A stretch of 64,000 nt of DNA. It comes from an uncultured Poribacteria bacterium (GTDB lineage: Bacteria > Poribacteria > WGA-4E > WGA-3G). The notes beneath the pieces were generated by a model that had not been told where the DNA came from, ran no database searches, and saw only the letters and a list, made by a program, of their open reading frames with translations. Of this stretch, positions 10,294-19,405 are shown piece by piece (the stretch's first letter is position 1; every line of letters begins with the position of its first letter). The stretch lies in NCBI GenBank assembly GCA_951813565.1, contig OX638351.1, forward strand, positions 192,001 through 256,000. The letters run 5' to 3'. Both the position numbers and the translations under genes were made by a program.

Positions 10294-12915
10294 ATGCAAC
10301 GTCTTTTCACTTTTTGGCTTTGTGTTATTTTTGTCAGCGGCTTTTGTCTTCCGATCTTCTCACAAGAAGAAAAAAAAGAGGCTAAACCTGCTACACAGGC
10401 AACACCAGCAAAACAAAAAAAGGAATATGAGGATTTTAATAAAGTAACGGAAGACAGTAAAAGTTTTCAAGGTTTTTTCAAACTATACCAGAAGAAAGAA
10501 AACCTCTATTGCGAAATACAACCTTCGCAATTAAATAAACCCTTTTTATGCATGATCAGTATTGCGCGCGGCTTAGGAACAGGATACCTTCTTTCAGGTA
10601 TGACCATGGATGAATGGTTGCTTGAATGGCGGCGTGTCGGTGACCGTGTGCATCTTGTGCGAAAAAATGTGCGTTTTCGTGCTAATAAGGGAACACCGAT
10701 AGCCGAAGCAGTAGACTTGGGATATCGCGACTCTGTACTTTTCGCTCTCAAACTTGAAAGTGTCCATCCACAACGAAAAAGTTTGTTAGTAAATATTTCA
10801 CCCGTATTTATATCTGACCTGCCACCTTTGTCGGGTCAAATAGGTGGTGGTGCCCGTTTTGATAAAACACGTAGCACATGGGGAGCAGTTAAAGCGTTTC
10901 CCAAAAACGTTGAGTTGAGAGTTGATGCGGTTTATTCTGCAAGTGGCAGTCGTGAAACAATTCCTGACAGTCGTGGTATCCAATTATCAGTCCACTACAG
11001 TCTCGCAGAACTACCATCAAACAACTATCAACCCCGCTTGGCTGATGATCGTATGGGACATTTCATGACGACAGTTAAAGATTTCTCACTTAACACCAGT
11101 GATGAACCGTTTGTGCGTTTTGTCAATCGTTGGCACTTGGAGAAGGCTGACAAGAAAGCAAAGTTTTCACCTCCAAAAGATCCAATTATATTTTATATAG
11201 AGAAAACCGTTCCACACCGTTTTCGTCCTTATGTGCGGCAGGGCATTCTGGAATGGAACAAGGCATTTGAAAAAGCAGGTTTCATAGATGCAATTGAAGC
11301 ACGGATTCAGCAGGATCATGAGGACTGGGACCCAGAAGATGCTCGGTATAATACAATTCGTTGGGTCGTAGGTGCATCCTTTGCAATTGGACCCTCTCGC
11401 GTGAATCCGCTGACAGGACAGATTCTGGACGCGGATATCCTTGTCGGTGAAAGTTGGATACGATCTTGGCAGCGTGAGTATACAACTTTCTTTGATGAAG
11501 TAGAACATGAACGCAACCATCCGATTGATCATTCATCACGACATAACTGTCAAATGGCTACTGGGCTTGCACGTGAAATGGGTTTCATGGCGAGCGTACT
11601 CCAAGCACGTGGGATGATTGATGATGGAGAACTTCCAGAAGAATTTATCGGACAAGCACTTAAAGCATTGATTATGCACGAAGTCGGTCACACATTAGGT
11701 ATACGACACAACTTTAAAGCGAGTACGATATATTCGCTTGATGAACTAAACAAGAAGACTGGTAAAGCACTCCACGGTTCCGTGATGGAATATGATGCTG
11801 TGAACATCGCACCGGAAGGCAAAAAACAGGGTGATTATTATACAACAACAATCGGCCCCTGGGACTACTGGGTGATTGAATACGCTTATAAACCAATTAG
11901 TGGTAGCAAGCCAGAAGCAGAATTACCGGAGTTGCAGAAAATCGCTTCGCGTGTGGCAGCCTCGGAACTTAGATATGCTACTGATGGTGATGCTTCAATG
12001 TATCAATATCGTGACCTTGATCCGTTAGTCAATCGGTGGGATCTTGGTGCGGATCCGCTTGAATTTGCTAAACAACGTCGAGAAATTGTGGCAGGACTAT
12101 GGGACGAGATTGCAGACAAAGTCACAACAGATGGAATGGGTTATCAACGAGTCCGACGTGCATTCAGATCACTGCTGGGGCAATATAGTCGTGGCATGTT
12201 CCTTGCAGCACGTTTCATCGGTGGACAATACCATCATCGGGACCATAAAGGGGATGAAAATGGGCGGTTACCTTATGTGCCTGTTCCTGCGAAAAAGCAG
12301 CGTGAAGCACTAAAATTTATCAAAGACTACGCGCTATCAGACGAAACTTTCGATTTTCCACCGAAGCTGCTGAACAGCATCGCAATTACTCGGTGGAGTG
12401 ATTGGGGAACAAGTAGTGGAAATTCTTCACGATTGGATTACCCGATTCACGACGTTATTCTGCGAAACCAAAGCCAAATTTTAGGACGGTTGCTTGATCC
12501 GAATGTTCTTGCACGTGTTCAAGATACAGAACTCAAGTTTTCTGACGATGAAGATGCGTTCACATTGCCAGAACTCTTCACGGGAATTACGGATGCTGTT
12601 TGGGTTGAACTTGATAAGAATGCTGATGCAAAACAGTGGACGAATTCAGATGCATTTATCTCCAGTTTCCGTCGCGGTTTGCAGCGTGAACATCTGAAGC
12701 AGCTTATCAAACTCGTGTTAGATGCAGACAGCGGCACCCCTGAAGATGCAAGGTCCCTTGCACGTCTCCATCTCAAACAAATCAATGAGCGTATCAAGAA
12801 TGTGCTGCAAAATTCCAAGGATAAGCTGGATGATTACAGTTTAGCACATTTTGAAGAATCGCAAGTTCGCGTTGAGAAAGCGTTGGATGCAAACTTCCAA
12901 GTTGAAAAACGTTAA
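10294..12915 (+). CDS. Secreted Met-zincin metalloprotease (DUF5117/DUF5118-type)
   Basis: Signal peptide; HEVGHTLGIRHNFKAS zinc motif; SVMEY Met-turn; PRLADDRMGHF. Confidence 0.85.
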   Translation: MQRLFTFWLCVIFVSGFCLPIFSQEEKKEAKPATQATPAKQKKEYEDFNKVTEDSKSFQGFFKLYQKKENLYCEIQPSQLNKPFLCMISIARGLGTGYLLSGMTMDEWLLEWRRVGDRVHLVRKNVRFRANKGTPIAEAVDLGYRDSVLFALKLESVHPQRKSLLVNISPVFISDLPPLSGQIGGGARFDKTRSTWGAVKAFPKNVELRVDAVYSASGSRETIPDSRGIQLSVHYSLAELPSNNYQPRLADDRMGHFMTTVKDFSLNTSDEPFVRFVNRWHLEKADKKAKFSPPKDPIIFYIEKTVPHRFRPYVRQGILEWNKAFEKAGFIDAIEARIQQDHEDWDPEDARYNTIRWVVGASFAIGPSRVNPLTGQILDADILVGESWIRSWQREYTTFFDEVEHERNHPIDHSSRHNCQMATGLAREMGFMASVLQARGMIDDGELPEEFIGQALKALIMHEVGHTLGIRHNFKASTIYSLDELNKKTGKALHGSVMEYDAVNIAPEGKKQGDYYTTTIGPWDYWVIEYAYKPISGSKPEAELPELQKIASRVAASELRYATDGDASMYQYRDLDPLVNRWDLGADPLEFAKQRREIVAGLWDEIADKVTTDGMGYQRVRRAFRSLLGQYSRGMFLAARFIGGQYHHRDHKGDENGRLPYVPVPAKKQREALKFIKDYALSDETFDFPPKLLNSIAITRWSDWGTSSGNSSRLDYPIHDVILRNQSQILGRLLDPNVLARVQDTELKFSDDEDAFTLPELFTGITDAVWVELDKNADAKQWTNSDAFISSFRRGLQREHLKQLIKLVLDADSGTPEDARSLARLHLKQINERIKNVLQNSKDKLDDYSLAHFEESQVRVEKALDANFQVEKR

Positions 12916-13124
12916 ATACTTGTCTTTCTCCGCGTAGGGCGGGGTCCCTGTGCCCCGCCAATGCTATCTGCACATTTGGCGTTGATATAAAATGTCAATT
13001 CCTATAGTAAGCGCGCCTATCCTTATATATAACGTGAGCTTGATAAATCCCGTAGGGAATCAACACCGAATGCGCCTACGGCATTCGGTGGGGTAGAACG
13101 GAAATGGACAATAAAAACAGACCC

Positions 13125-13303
13125 TAAAGAGAGGTTATTTTCTTCGTTCATTGCGTTTATAAATGCATAACCATAACAGAGCTCCTCTAATTCCTCGGGT
13201 TCATAATCAATACTTCCTGATTGATCATTGTCAGCAATAATAGAGCTTACAATAATGCAACTGACCATCACAAAAAGAAAACGGAAAAAAGTCGTTTTTT
13301 TAT
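13125..13303 (-). pseudogene. Remnant of secreted partner gene B7 of the cassette array
   Basis: Frame reads KKTTFFRFLFVMVSCIIVSSIIA-DND (signal-peptide-like); one G appears to be missing from the ATG (aaggaAT-aaaaaaacg); 3' part replaced by REP-derived DNA. Confidence 0.6.
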
Positions 13304-13308
13304 TCCTT

Positions 13309-14055
13309 CTAATGTAGGTTTAGGTACTGATATGGATCAATACCTGTAGTCTCAAAATCTAAAACTTGTATGTGGGGTGGTGGATTTAAAAGGTCAATAT
13401 CTGCAGGAGGCGGACTTCCACCTTTTATGCGTGTTATAAAAGGTTCCAGAGTCCCATCAGGTGCTTCACGCTCTTCCACGATGATATAATACGTGTTGAA
13501 GAAGTGAGGATACACTTTGTCGTTTTCAATAGAAGCTCCCTCAAAGTTCCTTATTCCTTCTGACCAGAGTTTGACCAAAACCCGCTCCATGAGTTCAAAA
13601 CGTCTTTGCTTATAGGATGGCAGACGTTCGTAGTATTCCATATCCCGCCAAGTAATACCGTAGGGATAATCAGCAGGGACTTTTGGAAACGGACCGAACC
13701 CGTGTGGTGATATAGGCACTTCCGCTGTCTCAGCGTTTTCTGATGGCTTTTCAGTTGATTGTGACTGTACCGCCACTTCGGGCCCTTCTGCCCCCCTATC
13801 AGGGGCTTCAGTTACAGGTTTCTCTGCGGTTTGCATATTGCTTTCCACAGGTGTCACATCGGCCGCCTGTTCTGCCTCGTTGTTTACCGCTTTTCGGGTT
13901 ATTTCCCGTTGACGGAGTAACTTAGCGGATTCCACTGCCTCTTGTCTATAAGGTGCTGTATCGTGTTGGTACCATAAATAACACGCACCTGCAATTATTA
14001 TCAGGAGGGCAATAGCACCAATAAACCATTTATTAGTGATGATGTCGCGAATCAT
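13309..14055 (-). CDS. Cassette protein A7: N-terminal membrane anchor, acidic linker, class-I C-terminal domain
   Basis: Shared N-terminus MIRDIITNKWFIGAIALLIIIAGACYLWYQHDTAPYRQEA; SPHGFGPFP, ELMERVLVKLW and GIDPY motifs. Confidence 0.9.
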   Translation of the reverse strand: MIRDIITNKWFIGAIALLIIIAGACYLWYQHDTAPYRQEAVESAKLLRQREITRKAVNNEAEQAADVTPVESNMQTAEKPVTEAPDRGAEGPEVAVQSQSTEKPSENAETAEVPISPHGFGPFPKVPADYPYGITWRDMEYYERLPSYKQRRFELMERVLVKLWSEGIRNFEGASIENDKVYPHFFNTYYIIVEEREAPDGTLEPFITRIKGGSPPPADIDLLNPPPHIQVLDFETTGIDPYQYLNLH

Positions 14056-14203
14056 CTATAACCTCCGATTGTTGTGTGACACACCACATTGACGTGTCTG
14101 TTATGAGAGTTTGCTCGATGCACCGTGGTTTTCCACTTGTCAGTGGAGGACGCGCACTATGCGCTTTGTGTATTCGGTGAGGTATCTTCAGTAATTAACA
14201 ACA

Positions 14204-14233
14204 ATTATACAAGAACTGAAACAAAATGCTCAA
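14204..14233 (-). promoter_or_regulatory. Sigma70-type promoter of cassette 7
   Basis: TTGAGC-18-TATAAT on the minus strand, flanked by two AATTAACAAYAATT boxes; same position in the other cassettes. Confidence 0.7.
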
Positions 14234-14374
14234 GCAATTAACAATAATTTATGTGAAACGGGTGATGGGATATTATGATCGACTCTGCTATTTTTCTCAT
14301 ATTGTGCGCAAGGTGAAAGCGTTTGTCAGTTTATAGCAAAATTTAGGAAAAGAGTGAAGTAAGTGAAAAAGTAA

Positions 14375-14402
14375 AGGCAGATACCCAATCGGATACCTAC
14401 CT
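14375..14402 (-). terminator. Terminator after B6
   Basis: Imperfect hairpin AGGCAGATACC...GGATACCTACCT followed by a T-rich run on the minus strand. Confidence 0.6.
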
Positions 14403-14432
14403 ATAGATTGTGAAGATATATAACGCCGCCGG

Positions 14433-15011
14433 TTACCAGGGTATATGAGAGTATGCGTCCAAAGCACCATTCCAATTCATGTCATAAGCATAACCGTTTA
14501 TTGAACCTGATGTAGAACAATCTGATGCTGTATTCGAAGGATGAGGATATTGACCTTGTAACGTCTTTGATTCGGAATGATATGCTTTGGCACGATCATT
14601 GTGCCTGCCTTCAAATTCTGGATAGCCGCCACTATAATCCCAAGGACCAAAGTCACTATCTTTGGTCTCACCGTCCACATATATTAACGCATCCACCCAA
14701 TAATAACCCCTGTAGAAATTGCTGTTGCACCTAATATTTGCCTCACAACTCCATGATGCGTAGGAGTATGCAGTGACAGGTACATTTGCAGTAGTCGTTT
14801 CAGTGCTGGTGTCGGCAGAAAAGGGCCATTCATAATCACTCGCGTTTTTATACCACTTGTCAGTATATCTTATACCAACTAAAGTATTGCTATTGTAGCT
14901 GTGTCCCCATTCACTATGTCCACCATTGTTTGAACCTTCGTTATGATCTGAGAAAACGATAGAAGTACCCAGACATAACAGCGTTATTGATAAGTACGAG
15001 AGTATTCTCAT
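14433..15011 (-). CDS. Cassette protein B6: secreted variable protein
   Basis: Sec signal peptide; S/Y/W/G-rich; GYYWVDA motif; ends AYSHIPW; starts 7 nt after the A6 stop. Confidence 0.85.
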   Translation of the reverse strand: MRILSYLSITLLCLGTSIVFSDHNEGSNNGGHSEWGHSYNSNTLVGIRYTDKWYKNASDYEWPFSADTSTETTTANVPVTAYSYASWSCEANIRCNSNFYRGYYWVDALIYVDGETKDSDFGPWDYSGGYPEFEGRHNDRAKAYHSESKTLQGQYPHPSNTASDCSTSGSINGYAYDMNWNGALDAYSHIPW

Positions 15012-15018
15012 GAGGTAT

Positions 15019-15753
15019 TTACTCCTTTTTGCTAAGTTCTAAGAAGGAATACGGATCGATTCCTGCTTCATTACGACTAAGAACTGTAATGCCTTCAGGA
15101 GGAGGTTGTCCTGCCTCCAATGCTGCTTCTATAGCATCAAAGTCATCATCGGGGTGCCCCGTAATCCTTCGAATGAATTCTCCATTTTCTGCCCATTGAA
15201 CGTAGACAGTGCCTAATATGTTTGGATAGACTTTACCGTTTTCAAAGGAAGCGCCATCCGATCGAATACCTTGATTCCATAACTTGATGCGAACCCGTGA
15301 CATTAATTCCCCCTTTACAGTTTTGCCCCAGAATTCCCATTCGAATTTGTCTGGTGGAATAGGATAATCTGCTGGCACTTCTGGATAGGGACCGAAACCG
15401 AAAGGCGACACAGGCACATCCTTTGCCTCAGTGGTTTGGGCAGAGGTTTCGGATTGTTGTTGTCCCGCCGCTTCGGTGTTATTTTCCACTTCAGCGGTTG
15501 ACCCGTTGATAGATTTCTCTGTGGTTAGCGTATTGCTTTCCGCAGGTGCTTTCTCTGCCGCCTGTACTGCTTCGTTGACTGTATCCACTTTTTTAGCGGC
15601 TTCTTGTTGACGGAGTAACTTAGCGGATTCCGCTGCTTCTTGTCTGTAAGGTGCCGTATCGTGTTGGTACCATAAATAACACGCACCTGCAATTATTATC
15701 AGGAGGGCTATCGCACCAATAAACCATTTATTAGTGATGATGTCTCGAGTCAT
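15019..15753 (-). CDS. Cassette protein A6 (class I)
   Basis: Shared N-terminus; VSPFGFGPYP, ELMSRVRIKLW and GIDPY motifs. Confidence 0.9.
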   Translation of the reverse strand: MTRDIITNKWFIGAIALLIIIAGACYLWYQHDTAPYRQEAAESAKLLRQQEAAKKVDTVNEAVQAAEKAPAESNTLTTEKSINGSTAEVENNTEAAGQQQSETSAQTTEAKDVPVSPFGFGPYPEVPADYPIPPDKFEWEFWGKTVKGELMSRVRIKLWNQGIRSDGASFENGKVYPNILGTVYVQWAENGEFIRRITGHPDDDFDAIEAALEAGQPPPEGITVLSRNEAGIDPYSFLELSKKE

Positions 15754-16125
15754 CTATAACCTCCGATTGTTGTGCAACACGCCACAACGGCATGTCTGGT
15801 ATGAGAGTTTGCTCGATGCACCGTGGTTTTCCACTCGTCAGTGGAGGACGCGCACTATGCGCTTTGTGTATTCGGTGAGATATCTTCAGTAATTAACAAC
15901 AATTATACAAGAACTGAAACAAAATGCTCAAGCAATTAACAATAATTTATGTGAAACGGGGGATGGGATATTATGCGAAGTTGTGCTATTTTTCTGATAT
16001 TGTGCGGCGGGCGAAATCGTTTATAAGTTTATAGCAAGGTGTAGGGAAACAAAAGCGTGGTAAAGGACTGAAGGTGGGTGAAAAGTAAAGGCAGATACCC
16101 ATAAAGGATATCTGCCTCTACTTTT
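15606..16125 (-). repeat. Conserved cassette block, copy 6
   Basis: Direct repeat of the copy 7 block. Confidence 0.9.
16081..16125 (-). terminator. Terminator after B5
   Basis: AAAAGTAAAGGCAGATACC...GGATATCTGCCTCTACTTTT hairpin. Confidence 0.75.
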
Positions 16126-16132
16126 ATTAACG

Positions 16133-16609
16133 TTAAAAACTGGCGTCAGCTTTGTCTGTACTGCTATCATCATCTGGAGAAACATCCGCGTCAGCCGAGA
16201 CAGTAATATTACGGGGACTTCGGAAGTAGAATTTCTCTGGATGATAAAGCGAATCACTGTCATGCCCCTCATAACGCTCTATTATTACAGGCTTACTCTG
16301 TACAAATAGGCGATAAGCTCCAGTATTCGTTTCGTTATTCGAATTGAGTCCGGTTGTCCAGAAACCGGCGAGTTCCGTGCCTTCTGTGTAGGGAATACCC
16401 CAATCTCTACCTGTAGATTTCGAAACGACTGCCTGTGCCCCCGCGGAGTGTACGACGTTTGATTCTGTACGCACTATCCAACCAGTGCCATCGGCGTTAA
16501 ATTGCTGAGCATTTGTATCAGCATGGTGAGCATCTATATGTGAAAGTGTTGTAATCGCAATAAGTGCGATAATTATCAAAAATGCTCTCACAAACTTTTT
16601 AATATACAT
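16133..16609 (-). CDS. Cassette protein B5: secreted variable protein
   Basis: Signal peptide; GAYRLFV motif; ends in F; AAGGAG RBS just after the A5 stop. Confidence 0.85.
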   Translation of the reverse strand: MYIKKFVRAFLIIIALIAITTLSHIDAHHADTNAQQFNADGTGWIVRTESNVVHSAGAQAVVSKSTGRDWGIPYTEGTELAGFWTTGLNSNNETNTGAYRLFVQSKPVIIERYEGHDSDSLYHPEKFYFRSPRNITVSADADVSPDDDSSTDKADASF

Positions 16610-16624
16610 TAGTAAATCTCCTTT

Positions 16625-17389
16625 TTAATTTTTTGTCTTGGAAATACCAAGATATGCATACGGATCAATGCCTTCCGTTTCACCATCTAACACACGCATA
16701 CCCGGAGGTGCAATACCAAGACGCATCTGCTCTGGAGACAGAGTCCTTCCTTTGACGCGTGTAAAATATCGGGTTATAGTGCCATCAACCTCTTCTCTTT
16801 CCCCATACCACACATAGATGGTATTGGGATAGTTAAAATAGATTTTGTCGTTGGCACCGCCTATGCCGATCCAGTTACGATGCAGTCCTTCTTGCCATGC
16901 TTTTATCGCCACACGAGACATCAGTTCTGCTTCCTCAGGTAGCATGATATTCGGAAACTTGGGATGATCCCAAATCGGTCTATAAGGATTTCCTACGCTA
17001 TCAAGCATACCTTCTGGTACTTCCGGATAGGGCCCGAACCCGAACGGAGACACGCGCACTTCTGATTCCGCTGCGTTTTCTGATAGCGTTTCCGATTGTT
17101 GTCCCGTCGCTTCGGTGTTGTTTTTCACTTCAGCGGTTGACCCGTTGATAGATTTCTCTGCGGTTGGCGTTGTGCTTTTCGCAGGTGTTACATCGGCTGC
17201 CTGTTCTGCCTCGTTGTTTTCCATTTTTTGGGTTGTTTCCCGTTGACGGAGTAACTTAGCGGATTCGGCTGCCTCTTGTCTATAAGGTGCCGTGTCATAT
17301 CGGTACCATAAATAACACGCACCAGCAAATATTATCAGGAGGGCAATAGCACCAATAAACCATTTATTAGTGATGATGTCTCGAGTCAT
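16625..17389 (-). CDS. Cassette protein A5 (class I)
   Basis: Shared N-terminus; VSPFGFGPYP, ELMSRVAIKAW and GIDPY motifs. Confidence 0.9.
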   Translation of the reverse strand: MTRDIITNKWFIGAIALLIIFAGACYLWYRYDTAPYRQEAAESAKLLRQRETTQKMENNEAEQAADVTPAKSTTPTAEKSINGSTAEVKNNTEATGQQSETLSENAAESEVRVSPFGFGPYPEVPEGMLDSVGNPYRPIWDHPKFPNIMLPEEAELMSRVAIKAWQEGLHRNWIGIGGANDKIYFNYPNTIYVWYGEREEVDGTITRYFTRVKGRTLSPEQMRLGIAPPGMRVLDGETEGIDPYAYLGISKTKN

Positions 17390-17730
17390 CTATAACCTCC
17401 GATTGTTGTGTGACATGCCACAACGGCATGTCTGTTTTGAGAGTATGCTTGATACACCAAAAGTTTTCCACTCTTTAGTGGTTGACGCGTTCTGATATAT
17501 GTTAGGTTTTCGAGATTGATGTTTCACCGTGATTAGCAATAATTATACAACATAAACATTGAAATGTCAGGTAATTAACGTAAAATAGCAGCTTTTGTGA
17601 ATAATAATACAAAAACTGGATGACTATAATGAGTCTGGAAGCTATGTGAAGTGGGTTTTGGGTATTATGACAGGCTGTGCTGCTTTTCTGATATTGTGCG
17701 GCGGGTGAAATCGTTTGTGAGTTAATAGCG
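17243..17730 (-). repeat. Conserved cassette block, copy 5 (most diverged upstream part)
   Basis: A N-terminus and RBS-proximal hairpin are conserved; promoter CTGACA-18-TATAAT; distal TTTTCTGATATTGTGCGGCGGG is retained. Confidence 0.8.
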
Positions 17731-17792
17731 AAGAACTAGGGTACTTGTGTGTGATTGACAACCAATCCCTAAAACGTCTTTCCGTGATCTAA

Positions 17793-18647
17793 TCAGCGTG
17801 GTGAGCGTGAGAAGTTGAGTCTCACTTTAGGATCGTAGTCGGATACTAAGACCTCGGGAAAATCAAGTATTGATTGGATAACCCAATCAATACGATTCGC
17901 TCCAGTATGAGGTTCCTTTTTATTAGGATCTGCATTGGCAGAATAGTACATTGCTGCTTCATGTAAGGGTCCTATTAATTTTATGCTAGCACGTTTGGGA
18001 TTATACTTTTCTTTTACCTCTTCTGCAATCGCCTTAATCTTGAGTAAATCTTCCTCGGAAACCTCTCTGATGTACTTCCCAATTAATTCCGGTGGACATT
18101 GTAAATGTTTTGGGACACCGTCTGCAAAGAATGGATTTATTGAGGTTTGGTAAGTTTTGCCTTCTTTTACTCTTTGTTCTCGTTTAAGTAAAATCCAGCG
18201 ATGGAAGTCCGCGAACCTTACATATTCGGGGAAATCAAGTATTGATTGGACAACCCAATCAATACGATTTGCTCCAAGTTGAAAATCCTCTCGTCCACGG
18301 TATCCTCTTTTCAGAGGATCTGAGTTGGCATGGTAATCCAATTGTTTCTTTGCATGAAGTTTCCATGTTTCTGTTACAGGACGTTTTGGGTTATAATTTG
18401 TAACTATCTCCTCCGCAATTGCTTGAATCTTAAGGATATCCTCTCTGGTGACTTCTGCGATATATTTTCCTATAAGTCGTTGCGGGCATTGTAGATGTTC
18501 TGGAACACCGTCTCCGAAAAGCGGATTTGATGAAGCTTGGAGGGTTATTTGATTTTGATTCCAAACCAGGATTCCCACAATGAAAAGAGCACAGACGAAA
18601 ACAAGCATTCCAAGAACGAAAAGGCTTGAAAAAAACTTGCGTAGCAT
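17793..18647 (-). CDS. Orphan membrane-anchored protein with two tandem copies of the A4 C-terminal domain
   Basis: N-terminal TM helix; twice S.NP.F.DGVP.HLQCP...YNP.R...ANRIDWV.QSILDFPE, a motif also present once in A4. Confidence 0.85.
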   Translation of the reverse strand: MLRKFFSSLFVLGMLVFVCALFIVGILVWNQNQITLQASSNPLFGDGVPEHLQCPQRLIGKYIAEVTREDILKIQAIAEEIVTNYNPKRPVTETWKLHAKKQLDYHANSDPLKRGYRGREDFQLGANRIDWVVQSILDFPEYVRFADFHRWILLKREQRVKEGKTYQTSINPFFADGVPKHLQCPPELIGKYIREVSEEDLLKIKAIAEEVKEKYNPKRASIKLIGPLHEAAMYYSANADPNKKEPHTGANRIDWVIQSILDFPEVLVSDYDPKVRLNFSRSPR

Positions 18648-18684
18648 TTGTTTTAATCTCCTTTGATATTGTCCAGAGTACCGT

Positions 18685-18738
18685 AAATATAATCAAGGCA
18701 CACCCATGAGCCTGTTCTTGTGTGCCTTGATTATATTT
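18685..18738 (-). terminator. Terminator after B4
   Basis: Long perfect stem AAATATAATCAAGGCACA / TGTGCCTTGATTATATTT. Confidence 0.75.
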
Positions 18739-18754
18739 TATCTAAAGATTCTAA

Positions 18755-19405
18755 CTACCCTTTAGGGGCAGCGATACTTGCGTTACCGAGTCCTATGTTT
18801 ACAAATTGGTTTGAATCGCCCGAAATTTCAGCTGCCATGTGCGGATCGGCTGTGAGATTCGTGGGAGTTGTAGGATGTGTATCACTATAGTAACAATAAA
18901 TAGACAAATCAAACGAGCGTGTTACTTGTTCTGCCCATGGCCAGAAGTGATCCCACCAATTTTGCACAGTACTTGCAACGGGATGTTTTTTGTAGGCAAC
19001 TTCAGACTCACCATTGCCGTGCGAATCATAAAAATAACTTCTACCTTCGCTGTCCCGCTCAGTACGATTTGTGTGAATGTTGCTTTTATCTGGAATTGAG
19101 GCATTGGCTGTATCTCCTGTTGCTTGAACCCACGCTGTAGCGTCGTAACTCGTGTTGTCACCAATAGGGGAAGCACTTGCCGAAGCATAGGTAGATGACC
19201 CGACATACCAATTTCCGTTTGGCTTATAGGTATGAGGCGGGGACCAGTCGACATGTGCGAAGGTGGACCCTGAAACATCAAGGAAGGTACTTGCGTCTGT
19301 AGCAGAATCAAACCAATCCTCTATGACTTGCGCGTCTGATAAATAAAATGAGAGGGTTAGTATAACCAGAATAATTGTAAGTGAAATCTGCAAACCTTTC
19401 TTCAT
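18755..19405 (-). CDS. Cassette protein B4: secreted variable protein
   Basis: Signal peptide ending SDA; ATGA overlap with the A4 stop; S/T/Y/W-rich. Confidence 0.85.
   Translation of the reverse strand: MKKGLQISLTIILVILTLSFYLSDAQVIEDWFDSATDASTFLDVSGSTFAHVDWSPPHTYKPNGNWYVGSSTYASASASPIGDNTSYDATAWVQATGDTANASIPDKSNIHTNRTERDSEGRSYFYDSHGNGESEVAYKKHPVASTVQNWWDHFWPWAEQVTRSFDLSIYCYYSDTHPTTPTNLTADPHMAAEISGDSNQFVNIGLGNASIAAPKG

Larger units (their letters stand above)
13909..14402 (-). repeat. Conserved cassette block, copy 7 (terminator, promoter, leader, A N-terminus)
   Basis: Near-identical to the blocks at ~15606, 20208, 21876 and 23599; boundaries approximate. Confidence 0.9.

Noticed and set aside
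15970..15995. Sigma54-like site TAGCACAACTTCGCA in the conserved block
   Set aside because: It lacks the invariant GG, the spacing is off by one, and it is not conserved in all copies
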